Shown: positions 37,873 through 46,024, counted from the stretch's first letter. The stretch is 64,000 nucleotides of DNA from Clostridia bacterium (GCA_045643465.1 JAZUKV010000021.1:89701-153700); one strand, 5' to 3'. The notes: a model not told the origin generated them from the sequence alone. Program-made: numbers and translations.

Positions 37873-40800
37873 ATGAAAGTGTTATTTGCAATAAAAGATA
37901 ATAACAAAGTTGTTGATAGTCTAGTACGTAAATATCAAAAAGATTTTAATAAAGATTTAAAATATAAGGAAGTAAAAAGTTTTGGAGCAATTACAAGTGA
38001 ATTGCAAAATAATAATTATGACAGAATCGTTATAACAGATGATTTTGATGAAAAATATAATAAGTTAGATGACAAAAATGAAAGAATAATAAAAAAACTT
38101 AAAAATATTGTTTCTGTAGCCAAAAATAAATCTAACAAAAATATTCCTATAATATACGTAGGTGCAAATAAAAAAATGATAAAATCATTATATGAAATGG
38201 AAATATATAATGGTGTTTTAGGAAATGAAAAAATAAAATCTAATATATATGAATTAATAAATAAACCAAGAACAAAGCAGGAAGCAAAAGAATATTATCA
38301 AATTAGCTCTGTAGATGGTAAAAAAAATGAAGGAAAAACAGTAAAAAAGGAAATGCCAAAAGAAGTAAATAAAAAAAGCGAAAATGTTAAAAAAGATACT
38401 ACTATTAAAGTAAAAAAACAAAAAATAAATCCAGAAAGTATAACAGAAAAAGAAATACAAGAGCCTAAGAAAAGAGGAAGAGGAAGACCTCGTAAAGAAG
38501 TAAAGGAAATTCCTGAAGAGGCAGTAGTTGAGGTAAAAAGAGGAAGAGGAAGACCTCGTAAAAATCCTATTGAAGTTGTTGAAGAAAATCAAAAAAATAA
38601 TAAAAAGACAGTAAAGGCTGTTAGCAAAAAAACAGAAAAGCCAATTAAATCTGAAAAAACGGTAAAAACTGAGCAAAAAGAAAATAAAGTAAAAAAAGAA
38701 GTCAATAAAAAAGAAAATGTAAAAAAAGAATTAAAAGCAACGGATTCTAAAAAAGGAAATTCAGCTAAAAAGAAAGTTTCTGATGAAAAATTAGTTAAAA
38801 AAGCAGATAGCTCAGATAAAAAGCAAAAAGTAAAAAGTGCAGCAGGAATAGCTGCAACAGCAGTATTGGGAGCTGAAATAGTAAAGAAATCAAATAAAAA
38901 GAAAGAGCTTGATGAAGAAGATGATGATGATTGGTTTGATTTTGATGAAATAAATGATAATTTAAAAGAAGACATAAGTGCAAAGAATGAAAAAGATGCT
39001 GAAAAAGGAAAATTTATTGATATTGATGATGATTTTGAAATAGAAGATGATGATAATGATTTCGAGATTGAACTAGATGATGATGAAAATGAAATTATTG
39101 ACGCTAACGATGATTTTGAATTAGAAGATGACGACGAAGAGCAAGAAATTGTTGATGATGACGATGATTTCGAGTTAGAAGATGACGACGAGGAAGAAGA
39201 AATTGTTAATGATGACTATGATTTCGAGTTAGAAGATGACGACGAGGAAGAAGAAATTGTTGATGATGACGATGATTTCGAAATAGAAGATGACGACGAG
39301 GAAGAAGAAATTGTTGATGATGACGATGATTTCGAGTTAGAAGATGATGATGATATCGAATTAGATGATGACGATGAGATAGAGCTTGATGAAGAAGATG
39401 ATGATATCGAATTAGATGATGACGATGAGATAGAGCTTGATGAAGAAGATGATGATATCGAATTAGATGATGACGATGAGATTGAGCTTGATGAAGAAGA
39501 TGATGATATCGAATTAGATGATGACGATGAGATTGAGCTTGATGAAGAGGATGATGATATCGAGTTAGATGATGACGATGAGATAGAGCTTGATGAAGAA
39601 GATGATGACATCGAGTTAGATGATGACGATGAAATTGAGCTTGATGAAGAGGATGATGATATCGAGTTAGATGATGATAATAAAGAAGACGACGATATTC
39701 TAAATCTAGATGACGAAGAAGAAGACGACGATATTCTAAATCTAGATGACGAAGAAGATGACGACGATATGCTAAATCTAGATGACGAAGAAGAAGACGA
39801 TGATATTCTAAATCTAGATGATGACGAAGAAGAAGACGATGATATTCTAAATCTAGATGATGACGAAGAAGAAAACGAAGAAGAAGAAATCGAACTAGAT
39901 GATGATAATGAAGAAGATGATGATATTCTAAATCTAGATGAAGATGACGATAATTTAAATTTTGATGATGAGCAAGATGAAGAGCTAAAAATAGATGATA
40001 CTGTATCAGGAATTAAAAATAAAAATTATATTCCTAATTATGATATATCAAAGCAATTAAATGAAATTGATGATGATGTTAAGATAGAAGATAAAAATGA
40101 AATAAGTATTATTAATAAAACAGAAGATATTGCTCTTACTGAAACAAATTTAAAAATTAATGAAGGTCAAAGAATAATTGCTTTTGTCGGAGCACATGGA
40201 AATGGAACATCATTTATTATAAATAATATGGCTCAATTGTTATCAGAGCAAGGAATAAAAACAGCAATATTAGATTTAACAAAAAATAAAAATTCATATT
40301 ATATTTATACTGAAAATGAAGAAAATTTAAGATCAATAGCTTATTCTTGCTTTGAAAAATTAGAGAGCGGAATATCAGATGGGATAAAAGTTTCAAAGAA
40401 TTTAACAGTATATACATCATTACCAACAACAGATAATGATATAGAAAATAAAGAAATGGCAATTAATACTTTACTAAACAACTATTCTTTGATATTATTA
40501 GATTGCGATTTTGATACAGATTTTGAATATTTTAAATTAGCACAAGAGCTTTACTTAGTACAATCATTTGATATTTTAACAATTCAACCAATAACATCAT
40601 TTGTAAAAAAATTAAAAATGAACAGTATAGTAAATGAAGAAAAATTTAAAATAATAATAAATAAAAGCTTATATGTAAGTGGAATAAATGAGCGAACAAT
40701 AGTTGCTGCAATGTCAGTATATAATTCTCCAGACACAACATACCAATTAGATTTATTTGATAGAAATAAAGTTGAATATTTTGAGATTCCTTTTGAAGAA

Positions 40801-40938
40801 AAAAATTATTCTAAATATTTGGATGAATTGGTAAAATGTAAATTGACATTAAGAGGATATACAAAAGGCTTATTAAATAGTTTTAATAAATTAGCTAAAT
40901 CAATATATCCAATAAATAAAAAGAAAAAATCAAAATAA
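37873..40938 (+). CDS. 1021-aa multidomain protein: pseudo-REC, Lys-rich region with 2 AT-hooks, ~360-aa polyacidic repeats, ParA/MinD/CpaE-like domain with degenerate Walker A
   Basis: The ORF is uninterrupted with a good SD (ACGGAGGT). It contains KKRGRGRPRK and KRGRGRPRK, D/E repeats, and a C-terminal domain RIIAFVGAHGNGTSF...ILDLT...LILLDCD...YLVQSFD in the order expected for a MinD/ParA fold. Confidence 0.7.
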   Translation: MKVLFAIKDNNKVVDSLVRKYQKDFNKDLKYKEVKSFGAITSELQNNNYDRIVITDDFDEKYNKLDDKNERIIKKLKNIVSVAKNKSNKNIPIIYVGANKKMIKSLYEMEIYNGVLGNEKIKSNIYELINKPRTKQEAKEYYQISSVDGKKNEGKTVKKEMPKEVNKKSENVKKDTTIKVKKQKINPESITEKEIQEPKKRGRGRPRKEVKEIPEEAVVEVKRGRGRPRKNPIEVVEENQKNNKKTVKAVSKKTEKPIKSEKTVKTEQKENKVKKEVNKKENVKKELKATDSKKGNSAKKKVSDEKLVKKADSSDKKQKVKSAAGIAATAVLGAEIVKKSNKKKELDEEDDDDWFDFDEINDNLKEDISAKNEKDAEKGKFIDIDDDFEIEDDDNDFEIELDDDENEIIDANDDFELEDDDEEQEIVDDDDDFELEDDDEEEEIVNDDYDFELEDDDEEEEIVDDDDDFEIEDDDEEEEIVDDDDDFELEDDDDIELDDDDEIELDEEDDDIELDDDDEIELDEEDDDIELDDDDEIELDEEDDDIELDDDDEIELDEEDDDIELDDDDEIELDEEDDDIELDDDDEIELDEEDDDIELDDDNKEDDDILNLDDEEEDDDILNLDDEEDDDDMLNLDDEEEDDDILNLDDDEEEDDDILNLDDDEEENEEEEIELDDDNEEDDDILNLDEDDDNLNFDDEQDEELKIDDTVSGIKNKNYIPNYDISKQLNEIDDDVKIEDKNEISIINKTEDIALTETNLKINEGQRIIAFVGAHGNGTSFIINNMAQLLSEQGIKTAILDLTKNKNSYYIYTENEENLRSIAYSCFEKLESGISDGIKVSKNLTVYTSLPTTDNDIENKEMAINTLLNNYSLILLDCDFDTDFEYFKLAQELYLVQSFDILTIQPITSFVKKLKMNSIVNEEKFKIIINKSLYVSGINERTIVAAMSVYNSPDTTYQLDLFDRNKVEYFEIPFEEKNYSKYLDELVKCKLTLRGYTKGLLNSFNKLAKSIYPINKKKKSK
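38470..38562 (+). repeat. Exact 27-nt direct repeat encoding the two AT-hooks
   Basis: aaaagaggaagaggaagacctcgtaaa occurs at 38470-38496 and again at 38536-38562. Confidence 0.85.
39100..39354 (+). repeat. In-frame 54-bp tandem repeat (~4.7 copies; DDDDDFELEDDDEEEEIV)
   Basis: Read directly from the DNA and its translation. Confidence 0.85.
39355..39678 (+). repeat. In-frame 51-bp tandem repeat (6 copies plus partial; IELDDDDEIELDEEDDD)
   Basis: Unit starts (atc) at 39355, 39406 and 39457 are exactly 51 nt apart. Copies are protein-identical and differ at synonymous sites. Confidence 0.9.
39685..39972 (+). repeat. In-frame 36-39-bp tandem repeat (~6 copies; EDDDILNLDDEE)
   Basis: Read directly from the DNA and its translation. 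Confidence 0.85.
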
Positions 40939-40956
40939 ATTTTGAAATATTGGTAG

Positions 40957-42078
40957 GTGAATAATTTGAATACTTCTATGATTGTATTAATATTTATACT
41001 TATATTATTATTAATAGTATTAGCCGTAATGGCGTTAAAGATATATACAATGGGCTTAAATTGTAAAAAATTAAAAAGTACAAGTCAAAGAGTAAATGCT
41101 TTAAGTATATTACAAGATTTTTTAGAAATAATAGGTAATAGTTCAGAGAATACACAAGAAAAGATGAATAAAATAAATGAAACATTAATTGAAAAATATG
41201 AAATTAAATATTCTACGATAGTTGTATTTGATGGAACAAATTATAATGTAGAAGCTTCAAATGTAAGTGAAAAACATTGGAAAATGTTTAAAGAGCTTCA
41301 TACACAGGAAATATTTATGGAGAGCATTAAAAATGCTACTCCTAAATATGTTACTGTAAAAAAGGAAGAAACATTACCATACTTAGATATGGAATTTGAA
41401 AGAGCAAAATCTGCAATATTCTTTCCATTATATGTAGACAATGTATATATAGGTTATTGGCTAATAGAAGGTAGCCAACCTCATGAATTTGATGCAAATG
41501 ATACAACTTTATTAAATGTAATAAAAAATAATATAACATATGCAATTAGAATTATTAAATCACAAAGAGTATTAGAAAATTTAGCAAGAATAGATACCAG
41601 AACAGGTTTATACACATATGAATATTTATTAGGAAGTGCAAGAAAAGTATTTGACAAATATCCAACATCTATAGTATCATTAATAAAAATTACAAATCTA
41701 GCTCAGATTGAAGAAAAAATAAGCAAAAAAGTAGCAGATGCGGTATTGAACAAATTTGTAAGCATAATAAAATCAAATTTGTCAACAGAGTATCTATTTG
41801 TTAAATATTCTGAAAACGAATATGCAATTGTTTTTTCCGGAATTGATATAGATGGAGTTGGTAATTTTTTGGAAGACCTAAAAAACACTATAGAAAAAAC
41901 AAAAATCAAAATTATTGGTGCACAAAAGGAAAGTATGAATGGACTTGCAATAGCTAGCAAACTAAATATTTATTTAACATCATATTACAAAGAAACATCA
42001 ATAGAAAGTGTTTTAAGTACATTAGGAAAATATCTAAATAATGCTAATTCAGAAGAAAGTGATATTACATGTGTATAA
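40957..42078 (+). CDS. Membrane-anchored GAF-like / degenerate GGDEF-domain protein
   Basis: N-terminal TM helix (MIVLIFILILLLIVLAVMAL). GGDEF-domain entry motif RIDTRTGLYTYEYL. The active-site position reads YSENEYAIVF instead of GG(D/E)EF. Confidence 0.65.
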   Translation: MNNLNTSMIVLIFILILLLIVLAVMALKIYTMGLNCKKLKSTSQRVNALSILQDFLEIIGNSSENTQEKMNKINETLIEKYEIKYSTIVVFDGTNYNVEASNVSEKHWKMFKELHTQEIFMESIKNATPKYVTVKKEETLPYLDMEFERAKSAIFFPLYVDNVYIGYWLIEGSQPHEFDANDTTLLNVIKNNITYAIRIIKSQRVLENLARIDTRTGLYTYEYLLGSARKVFDKYPTSIVSLIKITNLAQIEEKISKKVADAVLNKFVSIIKSNLSTEYLFVKYSENEYAIVFSGIDIDGVGNFLEDLKNTIEKTKIKIIGAQKESMNGLAIASKLNIYLTSYYKETSIESVLSTLGKYLNNANSEESDITCV

Positions 42079-42089
42079 GGAGGTAATGT

Positions 42090-42344
42090 ATGGCAACAGA
42101 TCAAACAGTAAGTTTTCACGTAGAAAGAGAAAAAAATATTAAGACAAAAGAAATTTTGAAAAATGTTTATCAAGCCTTGGAAGAAAAAGGATATAATCCT
42201 ATAAATCAAATAGTAGGATATATATTATCTGGAGATCCAACTTATATAACAAGTCATAACAATGCTCGAAATTTAATAAGAGAAGTAGAAAGAGATGAAT
42301 TATTAGAAATAATGGTTAAATCATATATAGGAATGGATGAATAA
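42090..42344 (+). CDS. ireB: IreB/UPF0297 family protein
   Basis: Motifs [27 protein letters not shown]. Conserved position upstream of ruvX. Confidence 0.85.
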   Translation: MATDQTVSFHVEREKNIKTKEILKNVYQALEEKGYNPINQIVGYILSGDPTYITSHNNARNLIREVERDELLEIMVKSYIGMDE

Positions 42345-42788
42345 ATGAGGATATTAGGTATTGATTATGGAGATGCTAGAGTAGGAGTATCTATGACAGA
42401 TCCGTTAGGAATTACAGCGCAAGGAATAGAAACCATTCATCATAAGGGCAATGACAAAATTGTTTTAAAAAGATTAGAAGAGCTTATAAATCAATACGAA
42501 ATTAAAACAATTGTTATAGGTATGCCAATAAATATGAATGGAACTAAGACCGAAAGAGCAGAAGTTACAGAAAAATTTATACATAAGTTAAAATGTAAAT
42601 TTGGTAAAATAAACATAGAAAGAATAGACGAAAGACTAACAACGGTAGAAGCACATAAAACTATGAATTATTTAAATGTAAATAAGTTTAAGAAAAGAGG
42701 CATAGTAGATACAATATCTGCAGTCTATATTCTTGAAACCTATATAAGAAAAGCAAAAATAGGAGAGGAGAAAAATAATAATGAGTAA
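42345..42788 (+). CDS. ruvX: Holliday-junction resolvase-like nuclease RuvX (YqgF)
   Basis: MRILGIDYGDARVGV, IVIGMPINMNG and DERLTT motifs. Confidence 0.9.
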   Translation: MRILGIDYGDARVGVSMTDPLGITAQGIETIHHKGNDKIVLKRLEELINQYEIKTIVIGMPINMNGTKTERAEVTEKFIHKLKCKFGKINIERIDERLTTVEAHKTMNYLNVNKFKKRGIVDTISAVYILETYIRKAKIGEEKNNNE

Positions 42789-43095
42789 AGATTTTTTTGG
42801 AGAAGAGGAAGTTGATAACAAAGATTTAGTATTGGATGATGACAATTTATTTGTATTAAATGATGAAGATGGAAACGAAATCAAATTCGAGTTTTTAGAT
42901 TTAATAGAATTAGAAAACGAAAACTATGTTGTTTTATATCCAGTTGAAAATGATAGTGAAGAAGTTGTTATTTTACGAGTTCAAGAAACAGAAGGCGAAT
43001 TAGATGAATATTTAAGTGTTGACGAAAAAACACTACAAGCAGTATATGCAATATTTAAAGAAAAATTCAAAGATGTTTATGATTTCCAAGATTAA
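42781..43095 (+). CDS. DUF1292 family protein (YrzB-like)
   Basis: Acidic 104-aa protein with motifs such as DEDGNEIKFEFLDLIELENENYVVL. Conserved position after ruvX. Confidence 0.8.
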   Translation: MSKDFFGEEEVDNKDLVLDDDNLFVLNDEDGNEIKFEFLDLIELENENYVVLYPVENDSEEVVILRVQETEGELDEYLSVDEKTLQAVYAIFKEKFKDVYDFQD

Positions 43096-43110
43096 AAATT
43101 AGTATAAAAC

Positions 43111-43156
43111 GCACAAAAATATTTGATGTTTTAGTTAAATATTTTTGTGCTTTATT
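43111..43156 (+). terminator. Intrinsic terminator
   Basis: 14-bp stem gcacaaaaatattt / aaatatttttgtgc followed by tttatt. Confidence 0.75.
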
Positions 43157-43224
43157 CATATAAATAGTTCTAAAAAATAATTTTATATAATATTGTAAAA
43201 TAGAGATTTTTAGGAGGATTTTTT

Positions 43225-43590
43225 ATGGATAAAATGTTTGTGTACATAAAAGGAATTGTAATTTCTTTAATAGTAACATTTGGAGGAATACTAATTTTTT
43301 CTATTTTTTTAGAAAAGAATAATATTAGTGAGAATTATATTGATACGGTAATAATTATTATTGCAGGAATAAGTATATTTGTGGGATCGTTTTTTTCAAC
43401 TAATAGACAGGGGAAAAGAGGTTTTATAACAGGAATAGCTGTAGCAAGCATATATATGTTTAGCATATATATTATTTCAAGTATTGTAGTTTCTAATTTT
43501 TCGGTTAATTTTAATACAATATTAATGTTTTTGATAGGAGAAATATTAGGTGCATTAGGAGGCATTTTGAGTGTTAATATAAAATCTTAA
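43225..43590 (+). CDS. Small 4-TM membrane protein (TIGR04086/YrzE-like)
   Basis: Four hydrophobic helices with a Gly-rich loop (NRQGKRGFITG). The family assignment is tentative. Confidence 0.5.
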   Translation: MDKMFVYIKGIVISLIVTFGGILIFSIFLEKNNISENYIDTVIIIIAGISIFVGSFFSTNRQGKRGFITGIAVASIYMFSIYIISSIVVSNFSVNFNTILMFLIGEILGALGGILSVNIKS

Positions 43591-43736
43591 AATTTTATAA
43601 AATAAGGTTGATATTTTTTAGAATTTAATATAAAATTTGAAAATGTGAGAGGCTTTTATATTAAAAAGTCAACATAAGATTAGTTAATAATTAATGATAC
43701 AATTATTATAAAAAAGGATAAAAAGGAGGAAACAAA

Positions 43737-45044
43737 GTGAAAAAGAATTACACATTAAAACTTGTATTAGCAATGTTAGTCGTTGTGTTAGTATCCTTAG
43801 TATCATTTGTAGGTGTATACAAAGGAAAAAATCTATTAAAAGAATATTCTTTTGGAAAGGATTTTGAACAAAGAAAAGTGTTTATTTTTTCAGGAGAAGT
43901 AATTGAAGAGGAGAAAAAAGAAGAAAAAACAGAAGAATCTTCAAACGAAAATAATGGAGAAGAAAACGCAAGTCAAGAAGAGAATAAGAATGAAGATACA
44001 GAAATTTCAGAAGAGGAAAAAGCTGAAAAAAATAAGAAAAGCTTTAAAGAAGCAAAAAATATAATTGCAAAAAGATTAACTGCAATGAAATCAGAAGAAT
44101 ATGATATAAGATTAGATGAAAAAACAGGTAAATTAGTTATAGAGGTACCTTCAGATATAGATTCATCTTATATAAGTGAAATTGTAACTGTAGGTAAAGT
44201 ACAAATAATAAATGAAAGTAATAAAGATGTTATAGTAGATACAAATGGATTTAAAAGTGCATCTGCTGCATATGATACAACATCTACAACAAAACCAATA
44301 GTTGCATTTAATGTAAAATTTAGTAAAGATGGAAAAAAGGTATTAAAAGAATGTAATAAAATGGATACTGATGATGAAGGAAATCAAACAGAATCAACAT
44401 TTGCATTTGTAATAGATGGACAAACATTATATTCAGCTAAAGCTTCAAGCTTTGCAGAAGCAGCTGAAAAAGGTGAATTAGAATTAATGTTAGGCCAAAA
44501 TGATGAAGGTATAGAGCTAGAAAAAGATTATCAAGAAGCATTAGCAATAACAGCTATAATAAAATCTGGAAAAATCCCAGTAAATTATGAGATAGAAGAT
44601 CTTAAATATGTTAATTCAAATATAAGCATAAAAACAATTGTAATTATATCAATTATTGTAGGAGCTTGCCTATTATTATTTGCAACATATAAATTTAAAG
44701 TTAAAGGTGCATTATCAGTATTATCATTAGTAGGACTTTTGGCTTCAATATTATTAGTTTTAAGATATACTAATGTAAAAATAACTTTATTTACAGTATT
44801 AGGACTAGCTATAGTTATGTTATTTAATTATATATTTGTAATCAAAAATTTGAATAGTGGAAAAAAATACAAAGAAGATTTAGTAGAATTGTTAAATATT
44901 TTAATACCATGTATTATAGTTGCAATAATATTCTGTTGTGCACCATATTTACAATTAGCAAGTTTTGGAATGGCAATATTCTGGGGAATATTAGTAACTT
45001 GTATTTATGATACAATAATTACTAAAATATTTTTAGATAAATAA
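43737..45044 (+). CDS. SecD-like membrane protein (divergent)
   Basis: N-terminal TM helix. The periplasmic-type domain shows SecD P1-like patterns (IIAKRLTAMKSEEYDIRLD...LVIEVP, FAFVIDGQTLYSA, GKIPVNYEIE). Five C-terminal TM helices follow. Confidence 0.5.
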   Translation: MKKNYTLKLVLAMLVVVLVSLVSFVGVYKGKNLLKEYSFGKDFEQRKVFIFSGEVIEEEKKEEKTEESSNENNGEENASQEENKNEDTEISEEEKAEKNKKSFKEAKNIIAKRLTAMKSEEYDIRLDEKTGKLVIEVPSDIDSSYISEIVTVGKVQIINESNKDVIVDTNGFKSASAAYDTTSTTKPIVAFNVKFSKDGKKVLKECNKMDTDDEGNQTESTFAFVIDGQTLYSAKASSFAEAAEKGELELMLGQNDEGIELEKDYQEALAITAIIKSGKIPVNYEIEDLKYVNSNISIKTIVIISIIVGACLLLFATYKFKVKGALSVLSLVGLLASILLVLRYTNVKITLFTVLGLAIVMLFNYIFVIKNLNSGKKYKEDLVELLNILIPCIIVAIIFCCAPYLQLASFGMAIFWGILVTCIYDTIITKIFLDK

Positions 45045-45065
45045 TTATAGGAAGAGGTGTAAAAT

Positions 45066-45917
45066 ATGAAGAAAAAACTATGTATTGCATCAATATTAGT
45101 TGTTATTATTGCTATAATTATTGTTGCAGTTAAAGGCTTCAATGTTGAATTAAAATACAAAGATCATAAAGTTGTTAATGTTCAAGTTGGAACAGAATAT
45201 AATGAAAAAGAAATAAATTCTATAGTAAAAGAAGTATTAGGTAAAGAAAAATTTGAGATAGAAAAATCAGGTATTTATGGAGATGAATTTATTATAAATA
45301 CTGAAAATATTTCTGATGAACAAATTGAATCAATTAAAAATAAAATTAATGAAAAATATAATGTAAAACAAAAAATTTCTGTAAAGATTAAAGAAGGATT
45401 TAATGTTGATGATGTTAAATCTATAGCAAATGAAACTTTCGGTAAAGAAGATATGATTGTTGAAAAATCAAAGGATTCTGAGAGTTATGCTACAATAGAA
45501 ACAGGAATTGTTTCAGATGCTGATTTAGAAAAATTAAATACAAAAATAAATGAAAAATTCGAATTAACAAACAAAGTATCATCAATAAATGTTTATCAAA
45601 AAATAGAAAATACAGATATACCTAAAGTTAAAATAACAGATATGTTAAAACAATATGTATTATATACAGTAATTTCATTTATTGTAATATTTATATATTT
45701 TATAATTAGATTTATAAAATTAGGAATTAAAAATGTTGCATTAGATGTAATAAAAGCATTTGCATTTTCAGAATTATTATATGCAGCAATTATTGCAATA
45801 GTTAGAATTCCAGTTAATAAATTAAGTTTCTTAGGAGCATTTGCTATATATATTGCAATAGCAACATTCTTAAACAAAAAATTTATTAATGAATCTGTAA
45901 AAAAGGTATCGAAGTAA
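45066..45917 (+). CDS. SecF-like membrane protein (divergent, short)
   Basis: N-terminal TM helix plus GFNVELKY (compare the GiDFtGG region), then IYFIIRFIKLG. The C-terminal half of canonical SecF is not recognisable. Confidence 0.4.
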   Translation: MKKKLCIASILVVIIAIIIVAVKGFNVELKYKDHKVVNVQVGTEYNEKEINSIVKEVLGKEKFEIEKSGIYGDEFIINTENISDEQIESIKNKINEKYNVKQKISVKIKEGFNVDDVKSIANETFGKEDMIVEKSKDSESYATIETGIVSDADLEKLNTKINEKFELTNKVSSINVYQKIENTDIPKVKITDMLKQYVLYTVISFIVIFIYFIIRFIKLGIKNVALDVIKAFAFSELLYAAIIAIVRIPVNKLSFLGAFAIYIAIATFLNKKFINESVKKVSK

Positions 45918-45942
45918 AAATTTTAATAAGTACAAAATAAAA

Positions 45943-45979
45943 AATAACGAATATAATATAATGTATTCGTTATTTTTTT
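45943..45979 (+). terminator. Intrinsic terminator
   Basis: aataacgaata / tattcgttatt stem followed by T7. Confidence 0.7.
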
Positions 45980-46024
45980 GCGCTTAGAAAGAAGTGTAAA
46001 ATATTATTATAGTAATTCAGAGAG

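Noticed and set aside
38254-38983. Minus-strand ORFs of 140, 128 and 62 aa antisense to the Lys-rich region of the 37873 gene
   Set aside because: These low-complexity F/S/L-rich translations are typical of the antisense of AAA/GAA-rich coding DNA. They have no SDs and overlap a better-supported gene.
39216-39611. 131-aa poly-Ser ORF on the minus strand (SSSSSISSSSSNS...)
   Set aside because: It is the mirror image of the GAT/GAA-rich acidic repeats of the plus-strand gene. It has no SD or independent signals. The plus-strand ORF is far longer and has flanking recognisable domains.
39355-39678. Regularly spaced 51-bp repeats that superficially resemble a CRISPR array
   Set aside because: The units are head-to-tail with no unique spacers. 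They are in frame within a 1021-codon ORF and encode identical peptides. No cas genes or leader are present.
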